This document shows, piece after piece, positions 27,594 to 36,161 of a stretch of DNA of 62,219 nt. The stretch is from a virus (lineage: Duplodnaviria > Heunggongvirae > Uroviricota > Caudoviricetes), in the IMG/VR virus record IMGVR_UViG_3300033148_004507. One strand, given 5' to 3'. Position 1 is the stretch's first letter; each line of letters starts with the position of its first letter. A program made the translations under genes and the position numbers. The notes under the pieces were generated by a model, which saw nothing but the letters and a program-made list of their open reading frames with translations, made no database searches and was not told where the DNA came from.

Positions 27594-27788
27594 ATGAAAC
27601 TGACATGGCAGGATTGCAGTATCGGGTTGAGTACGGCATCATCTGAGCAAGTTATGGCAATAGTCCAGAGTGAGAAGGGATTTCCACCTTTAGTTCTACT
27701 TGGTTGCTCACAAGTATCTGCTCACGGATATAACATCGCCAATAGCCGTAACCCACTGGAACAATCCTGCCGACATATGGGAGGTTAA
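27594..27788 (+). CDS. Uncertain 64-aa ORF overlapping a long hairpin
   Basis: Has a GGAG RBS but coincides with the structured element; may be non-coding. Confidence 0.3.
   Translation: MKLTWQDCSIGLSTASSEQVMAIVQSEKGFPPLVLLGCSQVSAHGYNIANSRNPLEQSCRHMGG
27607..27771 (+). other. Rod-like stem-loop (putative ncRNA or ssDNA hairpin) containing the IscB guide-matching site
   Basis: Nested pairs GGCAGGATTG/CAATCCTGCC, CAGT/ACTG, GGGT/ACCC, TACGGC/GCCGTA, TGAGCA/TGCTCA. Confidence 0.55.
27723..27741 (+). repeat. 19-nt direct repeat CACGGATATAACATCGCCA, second copy (first at 26067-26085)
   Basis: Exact match read from sequence. Confidence 0.95.
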
Positions 27789-27792
27789 TAAT

Positions 27793-27969
27793 ATGTTGGG
27801 AGAACAATTAGTATGTGGAAAATGCAATCAAGAATTTAAATTCCTGAAAATCATGAAGATAAATGGAGAGGGCAATTCAAATATAAAAGATATATATTGT
27901 TGTCCACATTGTAATGAAAAGCTTGCCGATAATATAGAAGAGGCCAATCTATTGATGGGGGTCAATTGA
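27793..27969 (+). CDS. Zn-ribbon microprotein (CGKC...CPHC)
   Basis: GGAGG RBS before ATG 27793. Confidence 0.65.
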   Translation: MLGEQLVCGKCNQEFKFLKIMKINGEGNSNIKDIYCCPHCNEKLADNIEEANLLMGVN

Positions 27970-28334
27970 TGGATATTGTAGAGGAATCCAATATAAAGAA
28001 AGGGGATATTATAATGATTTCATTATATGATAGTATAAACTCATGCAATGAAATTGAATATGATGATGTCTTACTCACAGATACAGAACGATTAACATCA
28101 ACGCATGTCTATGGTAGAGTGGAAAGAATAGATAAAAAATCAGTAGTAATTATAACTAATATAGATAATCTATGTGATGATACTAAACTAGATAGATTTA
28201 CAATATGCAACATAGTGACTATATTGAGGTCATCGATATTTAATATAGAATTATATACAAGAGAACAGAATTTTAATAAATACACATTGAAAGCAATAAA
28301 CCAAGCTAAAGAAACGGAGGCAGGACATGAGTGA
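27966..28334 (+). CDS. Hypothetical protein (Sm/SH3-like beta barrel possible)
   Basis: IKKGDII...GRVERIDKKSVVI. Confidence 0.55.
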   Translation: MMDIVEESNIKKGDIIMISLYDSINSCNEIEYDDVLLTDTERLTSTHVYGRVERIDKKSVVIITNIDNLCDDTKLDRFTICNIVTILRSSIFNIELYTREQNFNKYTLKAINQAKETEAGHE

Positions 28335-28962
28335 AATAATTAATAGCAGTATCAGCATAGGTTTAGAGGACAATAATCAGACAAATCCTTTAAAAAACTG
28401 CGACTGCTTATTTAATTCATGCCCGAATTGTGGCAATGGGATACACATAAATGATTTGGTAGATAAAAATAAAGATGAAGATGATTTCTATCCAGAATTA
28501 AATGATACTGAAGAAGGCGGTATGGGTGGGGCCACAAGAGAGTTTACATTAATGATGTTATTTGTGATAGGATTATTGATTGGAGGTATATATCTTATTT
28601 GGACAATATCGATGCCATTATACATAAGGATAATAATATCTGGCATCATTGTATTATCATTATATTATCAGATAATGATATTCAGGCTCCAATTATCGAC
28701 CCCTACATTAATTATGAACCTCACAGACAGGTTATGGAATGAAACTGTTTATCAGACCGAGAAACGGGGCTATGAGATTAGGTTTAGGCAAGAAGAAGGG
28801 AATGATGGCTTTGATAAGATGGTAATTAAATATTCCACAGTTCCTAAACATAAGAAGCCTTTTATAAAAGTATTGATATTGCTTAATACGATACTTACGC
28901 CAGCCTGGAATTTCAGAGACGGATACGAATGGGATGAAAGAATGTTAGAGGAGGATAATTAA
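28327..28962 (+). CDS. Membrane protein with CPNC motif
   Basis: Two TM helices. Confidence 0.65.
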   Translation: MSEIINSSISIGLEDNNQTNPLKNCDCLFNSCPNCGNGIHINDLVDKNKDEDDFYPELNDTEEGGMGGATREFTLMMLFVIGLLIGGIYLIWTISMPLYIRIIISGIIVLSLYYQIMIFRLQLSTPTLIMNLTDRLWNETVYQTEKRGYEIRFRQEEGNDGFDKMVIKYSTVPKHKKPFIKVLILLNTILTPAWNFRDGYEWDERMLEEDN

Positions 28963-29757
28963 ATGAATAAAGATTTAATTAGATTAAAAGATAAAGATAT
29001 TAGTAACAAAAAAGGAGCACATATTATCTTTTTGGGAACGGCAATCTTCTGCTCTGTTTGGACAATGTACGATTTGATAATGGGAAATATTGATAATTTT
29101 AGTATTATATATAATGCAAATCTCAGAGCAGGGATATTCTTGATACCGATAATTATTGGTTTTTTATCATTAATCTTCTTTAAAGATTCTCGAACTGAAG
29201 TATTAGTTCTGGACGATATTAACAATCATAGTTTTGAAACAAAAATACTAATAAATAATATTCGTGCAGATAAAGGATTAAAAGTTCATTATATGAAAGT
29301 AAAAAAACAATATAAATCAGCAATAATATTATTAATGAGTAAAACCAGTATAACGTATATAATAAATGATAAAAAAACATCTGAAAGTCTCAAAGATATT
29401 CTCAAAGAAGGAAATAAAAAAGCCAGTATAATATGGAATTCCGAACCAGATGATTTCAAATATGATATTATAGAAATAAAGAGGATGTCACATTTTACGA
29501 GTATATTTATATTTGTTGGATATACAACGATATTCTTGATATTTGGATTTTTAGGTTACTATAAATACATTATGGGCTATGAAATACCCTTATCAACTAA
29601 CAACATAGATATAATTTTTTTAGTATCTCTATTATTAGCTACAATATTATATAAATGGAAATTAAATAAATATGCAATTAAATTAACTTGTAAAAAAAAG
29701 CAATATTACAATTATAAGAGGATAGGCCAGAAGCCAATATATAGGTGGGTAAAATAA
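28963..29757 (+). CDS. Multi-pass membrane protein (very AT-rich)
   Basis: Four TM helices. Confidence 0.65.
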   Translation: MNKDLIRLKDKDISNKKGAHIIFLGTAIFCSVWTMYDLIMGNIDNFSIIYNANLRAGIFLIPIIIGFLSLIFFKDSRTEVLVLDDINNHSFETKILINNIRADKGLKVHYMKVKKQYKSAIILLMSKTSITYIINDKKTSESLKDILKEGNKKASIIWNSEPDDFKYDIIEIKRMSHFTSIFIFVGYTTIFLIFGFLGYYKYIMGYEIPLSTNNIDIIFLVSLLLATILYKWKLNKYAIKLTCKKKQYYNYKRIGQKPIYRWVK

Positions 29758-29758
29758 T

Positions 29759-30358
29759 ATGGATGAAGACGAATTTATGGCATTACCATTGGGAGAGAAA
29801 ATGAAATTGATACCTGAGAATGATAAAGAAGTAGTTGATATTATGGCAGAGAGCATTGAGATTGAACTATCTATGTTGAAAGATGGCTTATCTGATGAAC
29901 TCTGGCTAGATTTCTGGGAGCAGATTGGATATAGAATATGTAACGGTGAAGAATATATTGGCGATGAAATATACCAGATATGTCAATCAATTCGTAGGGG
30001 CCATATCAATTCCAAAGATGTAGAATTGCACAATACAGACAGCTTTAAAATGGAATCAGTATGGGGGTTAAGTCATGCTAATTATTTAACACTTCCAAGG
30101 AGCATCATTCAGGAGATGCCTATAGAGTGGCAAGATACGCTTGCAGGCTTATTGAACGAGTTAGGAGACACTGTAGAGTCATTTGTAGAGGAAGGGCAAA
30201 GCTATTGGGTAGAATTAGGTGAGGAGTCAAGGAAAAGTGATGAAGATTTAAAAGAAGGGGAAGAACATATTAAATTTACAGATAAATTGATGGAATACAG
30301 GCATGGTAATGATTGTGCAAAAGCTCTGTTCAAAAAGAAGGAGAAGTCAGATGAGTAA
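29759..30358 (+). CDS. Conserved phage-type hypothetical protein
   Basis: WGLSHANYLTLPRSIIQEMPIEWQ resembles a widespread phage family (recalled, not searched). Confidence 0.65.
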   Translation: MDEDEFMALPLGEKMKLIPENDKEVVDIMAESIEIELSMLKDGLSDELWLDFWEQIGYRICNGEEYIGDEIYQICQSIRRGHINSKDVELHNTDSFKMESVWGLSHANYLTLPRSIIQEMPIEWQDTLAGLLNELGDTVESFVEEGQSYWVELGEESRKSDEDLKEGEEHIKFTDKLMEYRHGNDCAKALFKKKEKSDE

Positions 30359-30713
30359 CGGAATTGCCAAGCTAAATAGAGATATGCCCGATTCAGAAAA
30401 GGCTAAGATTCGAAATATATTCATAAAATATATGGAAGAGCTTGGTTTTATAAATATAAGACTAGACCCGAATAATTTATTAAAAGTAGATTATGACATA
30501 AATCCAGAGCAAGATTTCGTTAAAGAAATATGCGGTGATTTAAATTACGAGATTGTGAAGCAGAAATCTACAAAGCAGACTAAGAAGATGTATCAGAAAA
30601 TTAAAAAGATAGCAAATAAGTTAGAGAAATCATATGCAACAGAGGCTCTTTTGAAATATTTCACAGGTCAGAAAGGATTAAAGAAAGAATTAGATGTAAA
30701 AGGGGTTGAATAA
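30351..30713 (+). CDS. Hypothetical protein
   Basis: Start moved to ATG 30351. Confidence 0.6.
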   Translation: MSNGIAKLNRDMPDSEKAKIRNIFIKYMEELGFINIRLDPNNLLKVDYDINPEQDFVKEICGDLNYEIVKQKSTKQTKKMYQKIKKIANKLEKSYATEALLKYFTGQKGLKKELDVKGVE

Positions 30714-31406
30714 ATGGCAAGCTGGATGCAACCCATGATTTACATCATGGTGGTAGTTATAGTCGGAGGAATGGGCTTCAAGATGATTATGGAGTTCATC
30801 GGGAAAACTAAAAAACCAAAGAAAGTTGAGATACCAAGAGATACTATGGAACGTCAACACAAGGCGTTTAAACAGCTATCTAGGGCCAAACTTAACAAGA
30901 CCAAGATTCGCCATACATTATGGATGACTGGAGATGAGATATTCATAGGATATAAGGTGGGGGATGTCCTCGGCATTATCCCGAATCCATATATGTACAG
31001 GATTATATATAGAAAGAAATGGTGGTATTTCTGGCATAAACCAATTGTTTTACACATCGACCCTGAACTTTGTACAGATTGGAATGCAAAAGAAATAATC
31101 ATAGAGGGTAGGGGATTCAAGCCGATTACGGAGAATCAATTTTATGTGGTTCCAGTTCACGGCACTACAAAGATAGAACTTATTGAGATTAATAGATGCA
31201 ATGCAAGGGAGTTTGATGTATCATTACAAACTATATTTGACAGAGGGATTGATTTAGACATAATACCAAAGATAGCCATGAGGGGTTCTCAAGAGGATGC
31301 ATTCTCAGAAATTGGACGATTTGAAGAGATGCCAAGTATACCTCATGAGAAAGTTCAGAAAGCACAGAGACAAATGTACGAAGATAATTCGGGGATTGGT
31401 GAGTAA
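30714..31406 (+). CDS. N-terminally membrane-anchored protein (virion assembly candidate)
   Basis: N-terminal TM followed by basic soluble domain. Confidence 0.7.
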   Translation: MASWMQPMIYIMVVVIVGGMGFKMIMEFIGKTKKPKKVEIPRDTMERQHKAFKQLSRAKLNKTKIRHTLWMTGDEIFIGYKVGDVLGIIPNPYMYRIIYRKKWWYFWHKPIVLHIDPELCTDWNAKEIIIEGRGFKPITENQFYVVPVHGTTKIELIEINRCNAREFDVSLQTIFDRGIDLDIIPKIAMRGSQEDAFSEIGRFEEMPSIPHEKVQKAQRQMYEDNSGIGE

Positions 31407-32144
31407 ATGAATTGGAACATCTGGTATTATGTTGCAGAATATCCACTCGAAACAATCCTATTGGTGATAATATGTATTGTCGTATATTTTGTATATGTTG
31501 AGCTAAGTAAGTTTTGGCACAAGCCGTTATACATATTTGGGGATGGTTGGAGAATTAAAAGATATGTTGGCAGAATTATAATGATAAAAGATGGGAAGAA
31601 ATTCTACGCCAAGACATCTAAAATAGAAGATTTCACTGGAATTATAAAAATGGCGGGTCAGCCACGAAGAAAAATCATATTACAGAGGGATGCTCTTCAT
31701 TCTTTTAAACCAAATAAGGTAATAATGAAAAAGAAATATGTGGTATGGAGTAAAAAAGATAATGCTTATATTCTTACTAACATTAAAATCGAAAGTTATC
31801 TATTAGATTTAGAGAATGTTCAGAGATATGATTTTAACATGATTGACTTAATCGACCACAAAGCTACAAGGTCTGCAAGAGCCTCACCAAAGCTAATACA
31901 TTCAGTATTCTCTATGCACAATATACCACTGGATGATTATGAGGAAGAGGGTGAGCTTGTAATCAAGACTGGCAAAGATGTTTATGACATAGAAAGTGCA
32001 GGTTCATACGGTGTATATCTCGATTTGGAAGATAAATATCGAAAAGAGCAAGAAAAGGATGAGGCCGAGCATAGAACAAAGCTTGGCCTTGATGATAAAA
32101 AAGAGGCCGAATATGACTATGATGCCGAACTAGGGGATGATTAG
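31407..32144 (+). CDS. N-terminally membrane-anchored protein (virion assembly candidate)
   Basis: N-terminal TM; same architecture as the upstream gene. Confidence 0.7.
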   Translation: MNWNIWYYVAEYPLETILLVIICIVVYFVYVELSKFWHKPLYIFGDGWRIKRYVGRIIMIKDGKKFYAKTSKIEDFTGIIKMAGQPRRKIILQRDALHSFKPNKVIMKKKYVVWSKKDNAYILTNIKIESYLLDLENVQRYDFNMIDLIDHKATRSARASPKLIHSVFSMHNIPLDDYEEEGELVIKTGKDVYDIESAGSYGVYLDLEDKYRKEQEKDEAEHRTKLGLDDKKEAEYDYDAELGDD

Positions 32145-32508
32145 TAGTATGGGCGATGATTTTCAATATTTGGATTATGATTTAGACAAAAAAATGTCTT
32201 TCTACGAGTTACAGAGAGGCCAGATATTACAAATAGATGTCCAACATATGCAAATATTAATATTCAAATTCTGGACTGCATACGAGAACGGAGAAAATCA
32301 GAGAGCTAAGAGAGTATTTGACATAATAAAAACCAAGGCCAAGCACAAACAAGGCATTCAATCAGTTCAGGAATTCTTTGGCGGTAAGAGAATTAGCAGG
32401 TATAAGAAGAGCATAGACATCACCAAAGCCTCAGACTATGTATCATATGTGGGTGAACAGCTATTAATGATGACTGATGATAGTGTAAAGCCAGAGCCAG
32501 TGAACTAA
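32137..32508 (+). CDS. Hypothetical protein
   Basis: Operon context. Confidence 0.65.
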   Translation: MISSMGDDFQYLDYDLDKKMSFYELQRGQILQIDVQHMQILIFKFWTAYENGENQRAKRVFDIIKTKAKHKQGIQSVQEFFGGKRISRYKKSIDITKASDYVSYVGEQLLMMTDDSVKPEPVN

Positions 32509-32511
32509 AAG

Positions 32512-33198
32512 GTGGATATAATGAAACAGACGAGTATATTAAATGAAAAATGTGAGTGTGGAAGAGACATTGACTATTTTGAATTAAAAGGTAAAGAATT
32601 AAAAGAGAAAAAAGACAAAAGAAAATTAATATACAAGCTTCTATTTTTAATCGGAGCGATATATTTCACAATATGGACATCTATGTATTTTATATTCAAA
32701 GATTTTGATGGTGATGGATTTATGAAAAGATTCACATTCATATATCTAGGTTTGATTTCTATAGCATTATTAACTGCATATATATTTATTAAAACAGATG
32801 ACAAATACAATCCGAAAAAAGCCAGAAAAAGCTTTATATCGTGGAAAAGACAGACAAAGATATATAATAAATTAAATAAGAGCCAGAGAAAAGCATTATG
32901 GAGAACAATCACAATATCATTTATAATGGCGATTATTCCATTTTTAATAATGATAGGATTATTCATAAAATTTATAATGATTCCAGTAATAGAAGCAAAT
33001 GATATTGAATTGATGATTGTTCTTATAATATTCTTATTCGCAGGAATGGTTTTAAATAGAGCGAAAAATAAACCGAAATCACTCGAAATGAGATTATTTG
33101 AATATTTAATAAAGAATTCAAGAAAAAGAGTGCGTGATAAACATGGCTTCGATATTGATAAAATAATAAATTATAAGAAGTATCATAGGAGGACTTAA
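32512..33198 (+). CDS. Multi-pass membrane protein
   Basis: Four TM helices. Confidence 0.65.
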   Translation: MDIMKQTSILNEKCECGRDIDYFELKGKELKEKKDKRKLIYKLLFLIGAIYFTIWTSMYFIFKDFDGDGFMKRFTFIYLGLISIALLTAYIFIKTDDKYNPKKARKSFISWKRQTKIYNKLNKSQRKALWRTITISFIMAIIPFLIMIGLFIKFIMIPVIEANDIELMIVLIIFLFAGMVLNRAKNKPKSLEMRLFEYLIKNSRKRVRDKHGFDIDKIINYKKYHRRT

Positions 33199-33199
33199 A

Positions 33200-33739
33200 A
33201 TGGGAATAGAAGATGATGAATATGACATAATAGACAACGAAGATATAGAAGATATAGACCGTGAGATACGAAGTAAAAGTGTTCGCAGAAGGGATAGGGG
33301 CCGAGAGAAAAAGAAATTACCATGCCCAGAGGACTGTCCAAGATTTGAGTGCTTGGTCGGAGATAATTGCAAAGAGAATTGCAAGGAATTAAAATTCGCT
33401 AAAGCACAGATATGTGATTTATGCATTCATAATGACACATGCAGTAGTAAATTGAAGATAATTTTGCTAGGCGGTCAGTATATCCAATCATTTAAAGAAA
33501 ATAAGGTGGACGATATAATATGTGGTGCTGTCCAACTCAAGGATGAACATAGGATGTTAGAAAGAGAATATCGCACTATAACCGATGAATTGACCAAGCT
33601 CAATTGGTATAATCTTCTCCAAAAACCCAAAATGCTTAACAAAAAAGGTAAAAAAAGAATGGAAATCATTATAGCCAGAAAATATTTGAGTATATTGAAA
33701 ATAAAATTCGAGGTAGGTTTGAACTTTGACAATAAATGA
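33200..33739 (+). CDS. Cys-rich hypothetical protein
   Basis: CPEDCPRFEC...NCKENC...CDLC. Confidence 0.65.
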   Translation: MGIEDDEYDIIDNEDIEDIDREIRSKSVRRRDRGREKKKLPCPEDCPRFECLVGDNCKENCKELKFAKAQICDLCIHNDTCSSKLKIILLGGQYIQSFKENKVDDIICGAVQLKDEHRMLEREYRTITDELTKLNWYNLLQKPKMLNKKGKKRMEIIIARKYLSILKIKFEVGLNFDNK

Positions 33740-33779
33740 TTCCCATAAATATAAATATTCTAAAATTAATAGGGGCTTT

Positions 33780-36161
33780 ATGATTAGTCGAAAGCATTTT
33801 GCCTTGTCAGTTGTAGCTATTATACTATTGCTTTTATTCAGTTCACCCATAGCCAAGGCACAGGAATTGGATGCAGAAACACACTTTGAAGCCATATTCG
33901 ATGCCCAACCATTATTGGACGGTGGGGAATTATTTGTAAATGATATAGGGGACGATGATGCTGAATTAAGATATGAAATTGACGTATGGGAGGAGGATAT
34001 GGGTACTGGTGTAACGGATGGTTCATATGTGGGCTGTTTATTCGAATCATCTTTATTTGAGGTAGATTCCAAACCTATCATTCAAAACGATACATATACA
34101 ACATCCACTCAAGTATATATCACACTTCCACAAGACGATTTCCCAAGGTATTCTCCGACAATTTTTGATTTAAATGATGAAGGTAATCAAAAATATAATA
34201 CTACAATAGCCCATATAGAAACAAGAAAATTCGTCACTGTGATAGATATAATGACATTCTCGAATAGGATAATCATGTCTGGTGCTACAGAATTTTGGGT
34301 AAAATTACCAATAAAAGCCTCTTCCATAGATTTTACTGAAGCAGACCCAACAATATCTATATTTGAGGCTAATGAGGACTTGTCTACTATAGCAACGAAT
34401 TTACAAAATGGAGAATTATATTACGAGCCAGATTTTGATATAGTATATGACCCATCTCCATTTAGATGGGCTTCATATGAAAATGGTACAGTATATGATA
34501 CAACACAAGAGATGGGGATAATTAGAGGAGATTTATCTGGCGGTAAAGGAATATATCCATTATACAAAGGAAATGAACCAGACATAGTGCAGAGTATCGA
34601 GTCTAAATATATAATCAATGATAACATATACGCACACATTTATGGAACAATTGAGCCTAATACAAATTATGTTGTAGCATTTTCTGGTATTATGAAATCA
34701 GAACCTCTTATATACATTACTGAGGATGATATATGTAATAATGGGCGTAATAGTTATATACAAATAACGAAAGTACCGTTTACAATAGAAGCAGAGGTAT
34801 ATCAGAACTCCGTACCTACCGTATGGCATTATAATCATGGTGTAGTAGTTGCAGAAGTAGACCAATCAGAGTTTCCACTTCGCAACGAAACAATAGAGTT
34901 GCCAGTAGACAGTTCATTTTCATTCATTTTTAAATCAGGGAGAGGTAGTTATGGTATGTTTGGGCAGAAAATACATTTTGACGAAGGCGATTGTCTTGTA
35001 TATTATCAAACCCTAGATACTCCTGCCTCGGATAAATATATATCAATAATGATGCCATTCTTATCCGAAATGGACGTTAAAATCACGCCCACAATACATT
35101 TTACCAACCAGTTCCACAGATTTGAGGCTACTGGTGAATTGTCAGATTATGATTTAGATTATGGCTTTAAAGTTTCAAATTATTGGGAGGCGAATAAGAA
35201 CATATCATATAATGATTATATTCTATTCACAATCCCGTATAAGATTGATGTAGATTCTATATCGGAAGCCACATTTACCATAAAAATAATCATAAAATTT
35301 GAAGAAGAGGCAGATTGTACTCTAATGTTCTCTACATTAACGAATGCAGAAAAAGGAGAATATGTCGAAGAGAGAATCTTTATGATATATGATTATACAG
35401 ATATGTATAGGACAGGCCCAATGCCAGATGTTACATTATATGAACAAAAAAGGAAAAATTTAGTATACATATACGATAAAGACAATATGATATATTCAGA
35501 ATACTCACAACCTTTATATTCTAGTAAAGATAATTATCTTACATCAAGCGTATTTCTGAGGACAGTTGGTTCTACAACAGAAGAAGTAACTCAGACTACT
35601 GGTAAAGATTCTACATATTTAAATTATAAATTAATGTGTTCAACTCAATTAACTGATGGGATATGGCATCAATTAGTAACAGAATCGACAGGACTTCAAT
35701 ATGCCTCTCATTTCTTTGAAAGACGTATCGCTATCGGCCAAATCAATTATTGGGTAAATTTAGCAGACGATGAATTAGCTGAAGAAGAAGCATTTTACGA
35801 TGAGGCTTCATCATATTACACACAAGCTTGGGAATCATTGAAGACATGGGAAATAAAGGACACTATCGAGGCATTGCTACGTGGGACTATATCATTACTT
35901 TGGAATGGCCTAGAAGCACTATATGGGTGGGTTAAAGGGATATTCACTAAGGTGTGGGATGGTCTTGTTAAAGTAGGTAAATTCATATATTCTATATTAA
36001 CATCATTTAAAGATATGATATTATCAATTATAGATGACATTATTAACAATATTGAAAAAATATTAAATCCTGCAATATATCTAATCTCTTTAATTGTCTT
36101 TATGTATGTGATTTCTGGTGTGGGTAAATTATTACTTATAAAAAGGAGGACAACAGCATAA
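33780..36161 (+). CDS. Large secreted glycoprotein with C-terminal membrane anchor (spike/fusion-like candidate)
   Basis: Signal peptide from ATG 33780 (AKA|QE); beta-rich ectodomain; C-terminal amphipathic helices and TM. Confidence 0.8.
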   Translation: MISRKHFALSVVAIILLLLFSSPIAKAQELDAETHFEAIFDAQPLLDGGELFVNDIGDDDAELRYEIDVWEEDMGTGVTDGSYVGCLFESSLFEVDSKPIIQNDTYTTSTQVYITLPQDDFPRYSPTIFDLNDEGNQKYNTTIAHIETRKFVTVIDIMTFSNRIIMSGATEFWVKLPIKASSIDFTEADPTISIFEANEDLSTIATNLQNGELYYEPDFDIVYDPSPFRWASYENGTVYDTTQEMGIIRGDLSGGKGIYPLYKGNEPDIVQSIESKYIINDNIYAHIYGTIEPNTNYVVAFSGIMKSEPLIYITEDDICNNGRNSYIQITKVPFTIEAEVYQNSVPTVWHYNHGVVVAEVDQSEFPLRNETIELPVDSSFSFIFKSGRGSYGMFGQKIHFDEGDCLVYYQTLDTPASDKYISIMMPFLSEMDVKITPTIHFTNQFHRFEATGELSDYDLDYGFKVSNYWEANKNISYNDYILFTIPYKIDVDSISEATFTIKIIIKFEEEADCTLMFSTLTNAEKGEYVEERIFMIYDYTDMYRTGPMPDVTLYEQKRKNLVYIYDKDNMIYSEYSQPLYSSKDNYLTSSVFLRTVGSTTEEVTQTTGKDSTYLNYKLMCSTQLTDGIWHQLVTESTGLQYASHFFERRIAIGQINYWVNLADDELAEEEAFYDEASSYYTQAWESLKTWEIKDTIEALLRGTISLLWNGLEALYGWVKGIFTKVWDGLVKVGKFIYSILTSFKDMILSIIDDIINNIEKILNPAIYLISLIVFMYVISGVGKLLLIKRRTTA

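Noticed and set aside
26067-27741. 19-nt repeat interpreted as a target-site duplication
   Set aside because: IS200/IS605-family elements do not create TSDs, and the second copy is about 190 bp beyond the iscB stop rather than abutting an element end
21031-27771. The two GC-rich folds (21031-21130, 27607-27771) as SRP RNA, RNase P RNA or a known riboswitch
   Set aside because: I could not find the diagnostic motifs (e.g. SRP helix 8 GNRA/AGCAG, RNase P GAGGAAAGUCC); an Rfam search is needed
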